From the NCBI GenBank assembly GCA_964474885.1, contig CAYYWO010000002.1, positions 96,870 through 160,869 of the forward strand: DNA of 64,000 nucleotides, in the 5' to 3' direction. This stretch comes from Candidatus Hadarchaeota archaeon. Lineage in GTDB: Archaea > Hadarchaeota > Hadarchaeia > Hadarchaeales > JAWBSP01. Made by a program: the position numbers and the translations under genes. The notes under the pieces were generated by a model. It had not been told where the DNA came from, did no database searches, and saw only the letters and a list, made by a program, of their open reading frames with translations. Shown here in pieces: positions 30,475-40,544 of the stretch; positions within the stretch are counted from its first letter, which is position 1; every line of letters begins with the position of its first letter.

Positions 30475-30538
30475 CTAAGGATTGGACTCCGGGAGTAAAT
30501 GCACGATCGACTTGGAAGGTAGCTAGATTTTGAGCCCC

Positions 30539-32251
30539 CTACTTGCCCTTGGCCTTCCTCCGCTCCTGTAACTCGTACAGCTCTGCGATCTCCTGAACCG
30601 TGCTCGCCTGCTCCGGGGATCTGTCCTCCCGTATGCGAACAAATCTGGGGAACCTGAGGCCGAACCCGGAGGTGTGCTTCTCTTCCGGGCTAACCTGGAT
30701 CTCCTCGAATTTCACCTCAAAAACGACCTTGGGCTCGAAATACGCGTCACACTCTATCTCGATGTCCACCTCATCGCTCGGCCTGGGGATCTGCAGCGGT
30801 TTGAAGAATTCTGTCAGATTCTTGAGGTCCTCGTCCGTGTACCCGCTCCCGCACTTCGTGACGGTCTTCAGCCTCCCCGTGTCCTCATCCCTGGCTGCCA
30901 GCACGTAGCTGCCCCAGAAGCCCGCCCTCTTCCCCTTCCCGTAGTGGGCCCCCACCACCACGAGATCTAGGGTCTCCAGCACCGGCTTCAGCTTCAGCCA
31001 GACGAACTCCCTCCTCCCCGCCCTGTAAGTTGAGTCCAAGGCCTTGGCGAGCAGGCCCTCGTGCCCCAGCCCTATGGCCCTGTCCAAGAATCTCTTTATC
31101 TCCTCCTTGTCCCCGCTCACGATCTGCTCCACCACCATCACCTTTCCGGGGATCTCCTGAACGGACTCGAGCAGGCACCTCCTCCTGACCTCGTAGGGCT
31201 GGTCCATCAGGCACTCCCCATCCCTGAGCAGGATGTCAAAGAGGTGCAGCTGGATGGGTATCTCCTTCGCGACCTTCTCTATGTCGTACTTCCGCCTGCG
31301 CTTGAGCACCTCCTGGAAGGGCATGGGCTTCTTCGTCCTGGGATCCACCGCCACCAGCTCCCCGTCCACTATCGCCCTCTCGTGCTTCAGGGCTTTCCTG
31401 ATAGGCTCTATTAGGTCCGGAAACATGCTCGTATAGTCCTCCATCCTGCGGGTGAAGAGCCATATCCTCTCTCCGTCCTTGTGGGCCTGCATACGTATGC
31501 CGTCCAGCTTTATCTCAAAGGCACCCTTCCCGCCCAGCCTCTCCAGGATCTCGTCCAGGTCCTCAGCCCTCTGAGCGAGCATGGGGCTGACGGGATGCCC
31601 GACCGTCACGCTCAGCTTCCTCAGCTCCTCCAGACCCCTGGCCGCAGCCTCGGCGACCAGGGCGTAGTCCGTGGTCAGCATGTAGGCGTGCTCGACCTCC
31701 TCTGGGGGGATCCCGAAGGCGGAAGCTATGGCATCCCTCAGCCTCCCCTCAGCCACCCCTATCCTCAGATCCCCAAGAACTGACCTCACGACGAATTTCG
31801 CCTCCAAGGGAGATGCGGGGGTCAGGAGCTTGGCGACGGAGGCTATCTTCCTGTCCACCGAGCCCTCCCCCGTGATCTCAGGCAGGGAACGTATGGTCTC
31901 GAAGACCTCCCGGACCGTCAGGGGCTTGGAGAAGAGCGTGACCTGCTTTCGCTTGGAGAAGAGCTGGTAGGCCACTGCCCCGAAGTCCCCCTCTTTCTTG
32001 AGCATCTCCTCTATCTGGTTCAGCTTGTACCCCGATGCGAGGGCCAGCGCCTTCTTCAGCTGCTGGGGCCCTATGCCCGTCTCCTTGGACTCGTAGGTCG
32101 GCCAAGCCCTGCCCAGTAGGAGGTAAATGACCCGCCTGATCTCCTCCTTGGGCGTCTGCCTCAGCAGCTCCACTATCAGGGAGTTCTTCTGCAGGTAGGA
32201 GGAGGTTTGCTCCAGCTTCTGGAGTACCTCGGCCAGAATGGAGTACCTCAT
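30539..32251 (-). CDS. lig: ATP-dependent DNA ligase
   Basis: PMLAQ, EIKLDG.R, VDGE, FDIL, EGLLAK, WLKLK, LRFPR. Confidence 0.98.
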   Translation of the reverse strand: MRYSILAEVLQKLEQTSSYLQKNSLIVELLRQTPKEEIRRVIYLLLGRAWPTYESKETGIGPQQLKKALALASGYKLNQIEEMLKKEGDFGAVAYQLFSKRKQVTLFSKPLTVREVFETIRSLPEITGEGSVDRKIASVAKLLTPASPLEAKFVVRSVLGDLRIGVAEGRLRDAIASAFGIPPEEVEHAYMLTTDYALVAEAAARGLEELRKLSVTVGHPVSPMLAQRAEDLDEILERLGGKGAFEIKLDGIRMQAHKDGERIWLFTRRMEDYTSMFPDLIEPIRKALKHERAIVDGELVAVDPRTKKPMPFQEVLKRRRKYDIEKVAKEIPIQLHLFDILLRDGECLMDQPYEVRRRCLLESVQEIPGKVMVVEQIVSGDKEEIKRFLDRAIGLGHEGLLAKALDSTYRAGRREFVWLKLKPVLETLDLVVVGAHYGKGKRAGFWGSYVLAARDEDTGRLKTVTKCGSGYTDEDLKNLTEFFKPLQIPRPSDEVDIEIECDAYFEPKVVFEVKFEEIQVSPEEKHTSGFGLRFPRFVRIREDRSPEQASTVQEIAELYELQERRKAKGK

Positions 32252-33666
32252 TATCCCTTTCCCAATGCCGGCAAATAGCGGAAAAATGCTGCCAGGTTCT
32301 CCTCAAAGGCCTCTAGGAATGCCTCCACCTTCTCCTCGGGTACTTGGGCGCCGCACGCTACTGGGTGACCGCCTCCTTCCCCACCGACCGACTCCGCCGC
32401 CTGCCTGATCGCCCTGGCCATGTCAAGCCCCCTGAGAAAAAGCAGCTTGGAGCACCGGGCCGAGACCTTCGCTACGCCCCCCTCGCACGCGTAGCCGACC
32501 ACGGGCTTGTAGGGATCCGTCAGGCCCGAGGATATGCAGAGGCTCGCGACCGTGCCGACGAACACCTCCCTCACCACTCCCGTCAGGTCGAAGTACCTAA
32601 TGATCCCCCTCTTCCCCTGCTTTATCTCCCTCGACTGCAGGTGTTCCATCGCCTTGGAGAGGTGCCTTCTGTACTCGGAGAGCAGGTGCAGCATGGTGCG
32701 GTAGTACGAGCCCCTGTCCCCCTTCGCGAGCTCGAACCCAACCCTGGGCTGCTCGTGCCTGGCGGTCGAGTTCAGGCAGGTGGCGAACTCGGAGGCATCG
32801 TAGAGGGGGGTATCCTGCCCCTCCCTTGTCAGCAGGTAGCACTCCCCCCAGATCAGGCTGGGGACGTACTCGGAGAGCTCGGGCGGGACCGATCTCTTCG
32901 CCCTCTCGATCAGCGCCTGCGCGAGCCTCTGCCTCTCCTCCTGGGTCAGGTCAGCTATCCTCCTCCAGCTGGTCCCCTGCCTCACTTGGATCCCGAGCTC
33001 CTGCAGTATGGAGACCACGCCGGCGGGGGAGTTGCTCAGTCCCGGGATGTAGGGGTCGGAGAGGCTAACGAGGCTCTTGAAGATGGGCCTGGTGTACTTC
33101 CCGAAGAGCAGCAGATCCTCGCAGGCCCGCACTTCCCCCGCCTGCTTGCTCTCCTCCAGGATGCGCCTGTTCATCCCTCTCAGCTTCCCCCAAGCGTTCT
33201 GCAGGTCCCCGATCGCCCCTAGGACGGCGAGCTTGGACAGGTGCACATTCTCCGGGTTCAGTGTCCTCGCCAGCAGGTAGGCCATGCCCGCCCCGCTTAT
33301 CTCCTGGGTCCCATCCATCCCGAGCAGGTGGGCGTTCAGGTGGATGAGGCCCGGCCAGCCCCCGTCGGAGGGCGGGTGGTGGTCGCATATTATGACCTCC
33401 CTGCCCTTCCAGGGCTCCAGGTTCGGGAGCTGGGAGCTACCCAGGTCCAGGAAGATGGTGAACTCCCCCGGATCTATCTGCTCCACCACATCCCGGTAGA
33501 GCATGCGCACGAACCTGACGTTGTGCTCGATGTGCTCCCTCTCCAGGGCCAGGGAGATCAGGGCAGCCGCGCAGACGCCATCCGCATCCATGTGGGAGAT
33601 CAGCTCGACCTGATCGTTCCTGTGCTTGCGGATGAGCTCCGAGGCCCGCCTGAGAAGGGGGAACAT
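32251..33666 (-). CDS. RecJ/Cdc45-like DHH exonuclease (GAN-like)
   Basis: SHMDADG, DLGS, DHH, GAIGD.Q, central insertion, GGGH..ACGA. Confidence 0.85.
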   Translation of the reverse strand: MFPLLRRASELIRKHRNDQVELISHMDADGVCAAALISLALEREHIEHNVRFVRMLYRDVVEQIDPGEFTIFLDLGSSQLPNLEPWKGREVIICDHHPPSDGGWPGLIHLNAHLLGMDGTQEISGAGMAYLLARTLNPENVHLSKLAVLGAIGDLQNAWGKLRGMNRRILEESKQAGEVRACEDLLLFGKYTRPIFKSLVSLSDPYIPGLSNSPAGVVSILQELGIQVRQGTSWRRIADLTQEERQRLAQALIERAKRSVPPELSEYVPSLIWGECYLLTREGQDTPLYDASEFATCLNSTARHEQPRVGFELAKGDRGSYYRTMLHLLSEYRRHLSKAMEHLQSREIKQGKRGIIRYFDLTGVVREVFVGTVASLCISSGLTDPYKPVVGYACEGGVAKVSARCSKLLFLRGLDMARAIRQAAESVGGEGGGHPVACGAQVPEEKVEAFLEAFEENLAAFFRYLPALGKG

Positions 33667-33763
33667 GCCTTCTATCTAGTCGCTCTTGCTTTTATCCCTT
33701 GGACGTAGCATAACGCTGGGGCTGTGGATCCCAAAAATTTTTCACTCACACACGGGGGTTAGG

Positions 33764-34075
33764 ATGACGGAGACCTTGAGTTCGGATGAAATACTGAGAA
33801 GAATTGAAGAAAGCAGGGACGAAATCAAGAAATTTGGAGTCAGGAGGATAGGCTTATTCGGTTCCTGCGCTGAGGGTGGACAGAAGAAAGAGAGCGATGT
33901 AGACATACTGGTAGAGTTCGAGAGGGGAAAGAAAACCTTTGACAACTACATGGAATTGAAATTCTTTCTGGAAGATCTGTTCGACCGTAAAGTCGATCTC
34001 GTGATCCTGGAATCCTTAAAACCGGATTTGAAGCCCCACATACTGAGAAGCGTGAAATATGCCGCGGGAGTATAA
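33764..34075 (+). CDS. MntA-like minimal nucleotidyltransferase antitoxin
   Basis: GLFGS......[21 protein letters not shown]. Confidence 0.9.
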   Translation: MTETLSSDEILRRIEESRDEIKKFGVRRIGLFGSCAEGGQKKESDVDILVEFERGKKTFDNYMELKFFLEDLFDRKVDLVILESLKPDLKPHILRSVKYAAGV

Positions 34076-34398
34076 GGATCTACTTGAAGGACATACTCGA
34101 GGCGATAGACAAGATCGAAAGGTACACAAGAGGTCTAAACTTCGAGGAGTTTTCAAACAACGAGCTGATTCAGGACGGCGTGATAAGAAACCTCGAAATA
34201 ATAGGGGAGGCTGTGAAAAATCTGCCAGATGAGTTGAGGAAAGGTTACCCAGAAGTAGAGTGGAGGAAGATAGCCGGTCTCAGGGATATCCTTATCCATG
34301 CCTATTTCGGTGTGGACCTAGAGGTTGTCTGGGATATAGTGAAAAATAAGGTCCCGGAGCTGAAGAAAGTGGTGGGAAAAATCCTTTCAAACCTGTGA
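34059..34398 (+). pseudogene. HepT-like HEPN toxin with an apparent 1-nt insertion just after the start
   Basis: ATG 34059 (MPREY) is out of frame with the body ([10 protein letters not shown]...RDILIHAY); an in-frame TTG exists at 34084. Confidence 0.7.
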
Positions 34399-34458
34399 TT
34401 TAGCGCTGGAGGTGGACATGACGCTCAAAGGAAACAATACCTTCTTGGGACAGAATTT

Positions 34459-35436
34459 ATGGCGACCATGAAAGCGGTCGAGCTCACGGAGCGCGGAATA
34501 AGGATCCTGGACCAGACGCTCCTGCCGGAGAAGGTGAAGTACATCACCTGCAGGAACGTCAGGCAGGTCGTGGATGCCATCAAGCGGATGAAGGTGAGGG
34601 GGGCTCCCATGATCGGGCTCACCGGGGTCTTCGCGCTGGCCCTGGAGGCAAAAAGAGGGAAGGGGAAGCTCCTCCCCAGGCTTGAGGAGGCTGCCCGGCT
34701 CCTCAGGGGATCCCGCCCCACGGGCAGGGATCTCCACAGCCTGACCGAGCGGATGCTGAGGCTCGCTAGGCGTGGAGCCGGAGCCGAGGAGCTCTGGGAG
34801 GAGGCCAGGCTGATCGAGGCAGAGATGATCCGGGTCTCCGAAAGGCTCGGGGAGTTGGGCTCCAAGCTCATCGGGAAGGGACAGGGGGTGCTGACCCACT
34901 GCAACACGGGCTTCCTGGCCATGCCGGGGAAAGGGACGGCGCTCGCCGCCATCAAGAGGGCATGGGAGGAGGGGAAGGAAATCAGGGTTCTCGTGACCGA
35001 GACGAGGCCCGTGCTCCAGGGAGGCAGGCTCACCGCCTGGGAGCTCAGGAGGGAGGGGGTGCCCGTCACCCTGATCGTGGACTCGGCCGCGGGCTACTGC
35101 ATGAGGGAGGGCATGGTGGACCTGGTGATGGTCGGGGCGGACAGGATCCTGAGGGATGGCTCGGTCATCAACAAGGTGGGGACCTACATGCTGGCGGTGC
35201 TGGCAAGGGAAAACGGCATACCCTTTTACGTCGTCGCCCCCACCTCAACCCTGGACCCAGGGAGGAAGGCGGAGATCGAGGAGAGGGACCCTGAGGAGGT
35301 GCTGGGAATCTACCGGTCGGACCCGGGGGTTGAGGTGTTCAATCCTGCCTTTGACTTCACCCCCGCGCACCTGGTGACCCGGATAGTCACCGAGGAGGGC
35401 ATCTTCACACCCAGGCAGCTGAGATGGGGAAGGTAG
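34459..35436 (+). CDS. mtnA: Methylthioribose-1-phosphate isomerase (eIF2B-alpha-like)
   Basis: LDQTLLP, VRGAP.IG, RPT, LTHCNTG.LA, ETRP.LQG.RLTAWEL, NKVGTY, NPAFD.TP. Confidence 0.9.
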   Translation: MATMKAVELTERGIRILDQTLLPEKVKYITCRNVRQVVDAIKRMKVRGAPMIGLTGVFALALEAKRGKGKLLPRLEEAARLLRGSRPTGRDLHSLTERMLRLARRGAGAEELWEEARLIEAEMIRVSERLGELGSKLIGKGQGVLTHCNTGFLAMPGKGTALAAIKRAWEEGKEIRVLVTETRPVLQGGRLTAWELRREGVPVTLIVDSAAGYCMREGMVDLVMVGADRILRDGSVINKVGTYMLAVLARENGIPFYVVAPTSTLDPGRKAEIEERDPEEVLGIYRSDPGVEVFNPAFDFTPAHLVTRIVTEEGIFTPRQLRWGR

Positions 35437-36188
35437 AGCTCATACCCCTGAAGACCCGTGCTCTGAAGGCGGGAGATGATCTCGTAGGAGTGCTCCTGGA
35501 GAGCGCGGGACGCGCGGGGGGGCTGAAGGAAGGGGACGTGCTGGTGGTCTCCTGCAAGGCCGTCTCGATCTGCAGGGGGCACCTGGTGAGGCTGGACTCC
35601 GTCCGCCCCTCCAGGCGTGCGAGGCGCCTCTCCAAGCCAACGGGGCTGGATGCGCGGATGGTGGAGGTCATCCTCCGGGAGGCAGAGAAGGTGCTGGGAG
35701 GGGTGCGCTATGCCCTCCTGACGCTGAGGGACCGCATGCTCCTGATCAACGCTGGCGTTGACATGTCCAATGCACCTCCCGGTCACGTGGCCGTCCTGCC
35801 CCCGGATCCTCAGCGGGCCGCGAGGGAGCTGAGGGAGGAAGTCTCGAAGAGAGCTGGAGTCCAGGTCGCGGTGGTTCTGTCGGACAGCGTGACGCACCTG
35901 CTGAGAAAGGGGACGACGGGGATAGCCGTAGGCTGGTCCGGGCTCCAGCCCGTCGAGGACTGCAGGGGGAAGGAGGACCTATTCGGGCGCAAACTCAAGG
36001 TTACCTTCAGGGCCGTGGCCGACCAGCTTGCGGCCGCTGCCCAGTTGCTCATGGGGGAGAGCGGAGAGGGTGTACCCTGCGTGGTGGTCAGGGGGCTGGA
36101 CCTGAGCTTCAAGGGGGGCGGCTCCCCCGTCCTTCCGCCCAAAAAATGCGTCTTCTCGCCGATCCTAAAGCGCTCGGTTCTCCCTTAG
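35424..36188 (+). CDS. cofE: Coenzyme F420-0:L-glutamate ligase family
   Basis: GDDL, DVLVVS.K.VS, NAGVD.SN, LP.DP, DLFGR.L.VT..AVAD.LAAAA.LLMGE. Confidence 0.88.
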   Translation: MGKVELIPLKTRALKAGDDLVGVLLESAGRAGGLKEGDVLVVSCKAVSICRGHLVRLDSVRPSRRARRLSKPTGLDARMVEVILREAEKVLGGVRYALLTLRDRMLLINAGVDMSNAPPGHVAVLPPDPQRAARELREEVSKRAGVQVAVVLSDSVTHLLRKGTTGIAVGWSGLQPVEDCRGKEDLFGRKLKVTFRAVADQLAAAAQLLMGESGEGVPCVVVRGLDLSFKGGGSPVLPPKKCVFSPILKRSVLP

Positions 36189-36338
36189 ACCCTAGCCCCA
36201 TTGCCTACCTTCGTTCCCAACGTCACAATTTCCCAAGCTTAGACCCCCTGCCCGCCCAACATGACTGCAGGGGCTTGCCTCTGCAGAAGCCGTCACGGCC
36301 TGTTCGGACCCCTTAGAACCGAATCCGGAATTAATGTG

Positions 36339-36484
36339 ATGTTGGATGGCAATTCAAAAGAGGTCGTGTGCCACTACTGCGGCAAGAGAATCAGGGAGGA
36401 AGACTCCATCAGAAAGATAGAGGGTCTCACGGGGGAGGGAGCTCTTCTACTGCTCCGGTGAATGCTGCATAACGACTGGAAGTA
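36339..36484 (+). pseudogene. TRASH/YHS-like metal-binding mini-domain, frameshifted
   Basis: CHYCGKRI in one frame; ELFYCSGECC continues in a shifted frame. Confidence 0.45.
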
Positions 36485-36533
36485 ATTGGGCCCTGAGTCA
36501 TCGTTTCCTGCCCGGCGCGGGTGAATTTTTGCG

Positions 36534-37847
36534 TTAGCTGGCGGCGTACACGATCCTCCTACCTATTCGCTTCCTCCTGACCAGACCGCGTGCGGAGAGG
36601 GCTGAGAGGTACTTCCTGCTTGCCCTCTCACTGATCCCCAAGGCTCTGGCGACCTCCCCGCTGCCCACCTCGCCCCTCCTCACGAGCTCTAGGACCCTGC
36701 GCTCCGTTTCGTTGAGGGCCTCCCGGTACAGAACGACCTTGAAGAATCTGCTACGCTCGACGAAATCCGGCTCCCGTAGCCCGCGTGCGATGCAGGACTC
36801 CACCATGCGGTTGGTTCCCCTGCCCCAGCGCTCGACGAACCCGAGCATGAAGAAGAAGTTGGCTATCTTCGGGTTGCGGAGAATCGACGGGTGCTCCCTC
36901 TTCAGCTCCTCAGGCGTCAGCGGGGGTAGTAGCTCCCCCGGGTTTTCGATCTCGACCGCCTGCTCCGAGACCCTGATGTAAACGGGCGACGGAATGGAGT
37001 AATCGCGGTGGGCAAGGGCGTTGACGACCGCCTCTCTTATGCTCTCCAGGGGGATCTCGAACTCCTCGACCATCCTGCCATCCGGGCCAATCCTCCGCCG
37101 CGCGGTGAGGCTCTCCTTGATGAACTCAAGTGCCCCCTGAACCTGCGCGAGGAGGTCCCCTCCCACCTCCCGCTCCCGCCTCAGGATCTGCCCGGTGAAG
37201 CTGCCGCACTTCACGATGGCGTAAGGAAAGTGCACCTGGGGGTTCCTAGAAAAGCACAGGAGTGCGCTCACCGTCGGCCTGCCGTTCTTCAGCCCGCCAA
37301 ATTTTCGGAGGAATTCGCGCTTGTTCCTGAACTCCAACCTCACGCCCCTCCGCACGCGTGCCTCACGCACGAATTGGGAGACGAGCCCCTCATCGATGTC
37401 CTCCAGCCCCGCCTCGATCGGGGTGTTCTCGAAAGGCAGCCGATGCTTCGCCAGGATCATCCTCTCGAGCTCATCCTTGGGCACCCGCTGGTTGCTTGCG
37501 CCCACCCGCTTGAACGCCACACCCCGGAAGAAGTACGGCTTGTTGATCCCCTCCGCCACCCGGATGACGATGAGCGTCTTCCCTTCCGCTCGGGTTTCCT
37601 CTATGTGGGGGATAAACGGCGGTTCCAGCAGTGATTTGCACTTGTTGAGAAATCCCTCGATGGTCCTCCTGCCTAGGGACACGCCTTTCACCCTGCCGTC
37701 GTCGCGCACCCCAACCAGCACGGTTCCGCCTTTCGAGTTCGAGAAGGCGCACAGCGTTTCGAAGAGCTCCCTTTCCTCGGCGAAGCTCTCCTTGAACTCT
37801 AGGGTTTCCCCCTCCCCAGCCTTTAGAAGCTCTGATATGCTAGCCAT
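36534..37847 (-). CDS. AlbA_2 (Schlafen-like) + HATPase_c_4 (RecG-C-like) + wHTH protein
   Basis: GE..TLEFKES, CAFSN..GG...VGV.D.G, REAVVNALAHRDY, NPG, RNP.IA, ERWGRG, C-terminal HTH. Confidence 0.9.
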   Translation of the reverse strand: MASISELLKAGEGETLEFKESFAEERELFETLCAFSNSKGGTVLVGVRDDGRVKGVSLGRRTIEGFLNKCKSLLEPPFIPHIEETRAEGKTLIVIRVAEGINKPYFFRGVAFKRVGASNQRVPKDELERMILAKHRLPFENTPIEAGLEDIDEGLVSQFVREARVRRGVRLEFRNKREFLRKFGGLKNGRPTVSALLCFSRNPQVHFPYAIVKCGSFTGQILRREREVGGDLLAQVQGALEFIKESLTARRRIGPDGRMVEEFEIPLESIREAVVNALAHRDYSIPSPVYIRVSEQAVEIENPGELLPPLTPEELKREHPSILRNPKIANFFFMLGFVERWGRGTNRMVESCIARGLREPDFVERSRFFKVVLYREALNETERRVLELVRRGEVGSGEVARALGISERASRKYLSALSARGLVRRKRIGRRIVYAAS

Positions 37848-37870
37848 TAAAACATCTCTTTAGTTTTTTT

Positions 37871-37902
37871 AAATTCCGGCATATGCCGGAATTTGCCGGA
37901 AT
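37871..37902. promoter_or_regulatory. Perfect 24-bp palindrome plus an extra half-site: putative operator
   Basis: aaattccggcat|atgccggaattt (37871-37894) followed by tgccggaat; abuts the minus-strand TATA (tttaaaaa) of the AlbA_2 gene. Confidence 0.65.
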
Positions 37903-37972
37903 CGAGCTTGCGTCCTCATACGCAGGTTAAGAGCAAGGACTTCAGGATTTTTGCCAAGATGGGAAATAGGAC

Positions 37973-38886
37973 ATGCAGAGGGTCATCAAAGTCCGCAAAC
38001 TCGTCAAGCGCTACGGAGATACAATAGCACTGAGGGGCATCTCTTTTGACGTGTTTAGGGGCGAGATCTTCTCCTTGGTTGCCCCAACGGCGCGGGAAAG
38101 ACCACGACTGTTGAGATCCTCGAATGCCTCCAGACCCCGACCTCGGGGCAGGCCGAAGTTCTGGGCTTTGACGTGGTGAAGGAGCCACAGGAGATCAAGA
38201 GGAGGATAGGTGTGATGCCCCAGGAGTTCAACACCTTTGACAGGCTAACCGTGGAAGAGAACATCGCCATGATGGCGAGAATCTACGGAAGGTGGGCAGA
38301 CGTGAGGGAGGTGATGGAAAAGGTAGGGCTGTTGGAGATGAGGAGGCGCAAGTTCTCGGAGCTTTCAGGAGGAAACAAGCGCCGCGTTGGGATCGCGATG
38401 GCCCTAGTTTCGAACCCGGAGGTTATCTTCCTGGACGAGCCAACGACCGGGCTCGATCCGCGGGCGAGGCAGGAGCTGTGGGGGACTATACGGGAGCTGA
38501 AGAGAGAGGGTGTGACGGTCTTTCTGACCACCCACTACATGGAGGAGGTCGAAGCGCTCGCCGATCGGGTTTCGCTGATCGTGGACGGACAACTGCTGGC
38601 GACGGGACCTGTGGACGAACTGATTTCGAGATACGGGGGAGGCTTCAGGGTGCTCGTCAGGCGCGACCCGAGACTGAGAAGGGTGATCCGGAGGTTCGCC
38701 GCCCAGGTTCTGGAGGAGCGCGGAACCCTGGTGAGGGTCTTCAGGAGCAAGAAGGACATGACGCGTGCGCTCGTCCCGCTTTACCAGCGGGGGGTGGAGG
38801 CGGAGGTTAGGGAGCCATCCATGGAGGACGTCTTCCTGAACATGGTCGGCGGGAGGATAGATGAGCATGGGGAGCTGATAACTTGA
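37973..38886 (+). pseudogene. ABC-2 exporter ATP-binding subunit, frameshift in Walker A
   Basis: GEIFSLV / (G)PNGAGKTT split at about 38081; LSGG, FLDEPTTGLD and TTHYM downstream. Confidence 0.85.
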
Positions 38887-40118
38887 GGGGACTCAGGGCA
38901 GTTTTCGTGGCCCTTTCCAAAGACTGGTTGCGCACCCCGACCGGGGTCTTCTTCTCCTTCCTCTTCCCCCTGATACTCCTGCTGATCTTCGGAACGGTTT
39001 TCGGCGGGGGCGCCGCGCTACTCGCTTGAAATACAGAACCTAGACCTCGAGAACGGGTAGCCGACGGCGCTTTCATCCGCCCTGATTCAGGCGTTTGAAG
39101 ACTCGGGGATGTTTGAAATCGAGTTCCTCCCCCCGGAAGTCGATGCGGTGGCCTGGGCTACCGAGCATCCGTCCTTCGTCAGTCACCGGATACTGATCAT
39201 CCCCGAGAATTTCGAGGAAAGGGCCCTTTCGGGTGCCAGCCGGCTCCGAGGCGGGATCTCCCTCGCCACCCTGGAGCTCATGCTTCAGGATCCCAGGTTT
39301 GAGGAGAACCGGCAGGCCTTGGAGGCGGGGAGGAACGCCATTTCCGCGTGGCTGGAAAGCGCGGGTCCGGAAAATGCAACGGTGATGCTCCTGCTGGAGG
39401 AGGGCGATCGGGCATCCGCGATAGTGAGGGGAGCTGTGTGCAGCGTCCTCCAGTCCTTCAACAGCGCGCTGATCGGTGCCGGGTCGGCGATAGGTATCAA
39501 GGTGAGCACGATGGGTGAACGGAAGGAAGCCGTCGACTACTACCTCCCCGGCTACATCGCGGCCTTCACCATGACGAACGGCATCATCGGCGTCACCTCC
39601 ACGACCTCCGAGTTCAGGCGCCGCGGGATACTGAAGCTGATGGCGGCCAGCCCCCTCCCCAAGAGCTCCTGGATCCTGGCGAATCTCGCCCTCCAGGTGG
39701 CCCTGGCGTTCCTGCTGACCCTCCTCATGCTCGCGGTGGGGCACGTGATATTCGAAACGAAGGCGACGGTCAATCTGCTCTCCGTGGCTCTCATCCCGCT
39801 CGGCTCCATCACCTTCTGCGGAATGGGAATAACCCTCGGGGGCTCGTGAAGGACGTGGAAACGGCCACGGCTCTGGGGAATGTGATCGCCTTCCCCATGA
39901 TGTTCCTGTCGGGGGCGTTCTTCCCCATCGAGATAATGCCGGACTACCTGCAGGTGGTGGCGAGGGGCATGCCGCTCTTTTATTTCCACCAGGGGCTGCG
40001 CCAGCTCATGGTCCTGGACAACCCCGCGCAGGCATCGCTTTCATTCTTGGTGCTGGGCGCACTGGCGGCAGTGTTCGCCTGGGTGGCTGTCCGGGTGACT
40101 AGGTGGCGGGAGCTGTAG
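38883..40118 (+). pseudogene. ABC-2 permease with frameshifts and a nonsense codon
   Basis: FFSFLFPLILLLIFG; frameshift near 39010, TAG at 39058-39060, frameshift near 39843; YYLPG and FLSGAFFP motifs. Confidence 0.85.
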
Positions 40119-40123
40119 CTGGG

Positions 40124-40453
40124 TCACCAGCGTGCCGCTTCTTCAACCCGCTCCTCGATCCTTTCGAAATAGGCGTCGTCGCTTATTATCGTTTTGAGGT
40201 GATAGCGCAGGCCATATTCCTCGACATGCTGCCTCCTCGTAAAGCCTCTTCAGGTCTATTTTCCTCCTCAGCTTCTTGGTCACGGAGGATCCGAACTCCT
40301 CCACGAAACGTTCCGGATTGACCTCAGGCCTTATCACAAGCTCGTCCTACCTCACCTCGAAGGATATTTTGGTTCCGGGCTTTATCCCGAAATGCTCCCT
40401 TATGTCGGGGATCACCACTTGCCCTTTGAACCCATAGTTCTCCCGATTTTCAT
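40124..40453 (-). pseudogene. Relic AbrB/VapB antitoxin plus C-terminal fragment of a PIN (VapC) toxin
   Basis: GSKG/QVVIP.IREHFGIKPG (frameshift and internal TAG); downstream fragment KTIISDDAYFERI resembles a PIN C-terminus. Confidence 0.65.
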
Positions 40454-40544
40454 ACTATAAGTTGAACGCACAAAAACTAGCTTGATTTTCACAACAGGAG
40501 GAATCGATAAAAACACTTTTAAGTATATTACTTGAGAGTGTACA

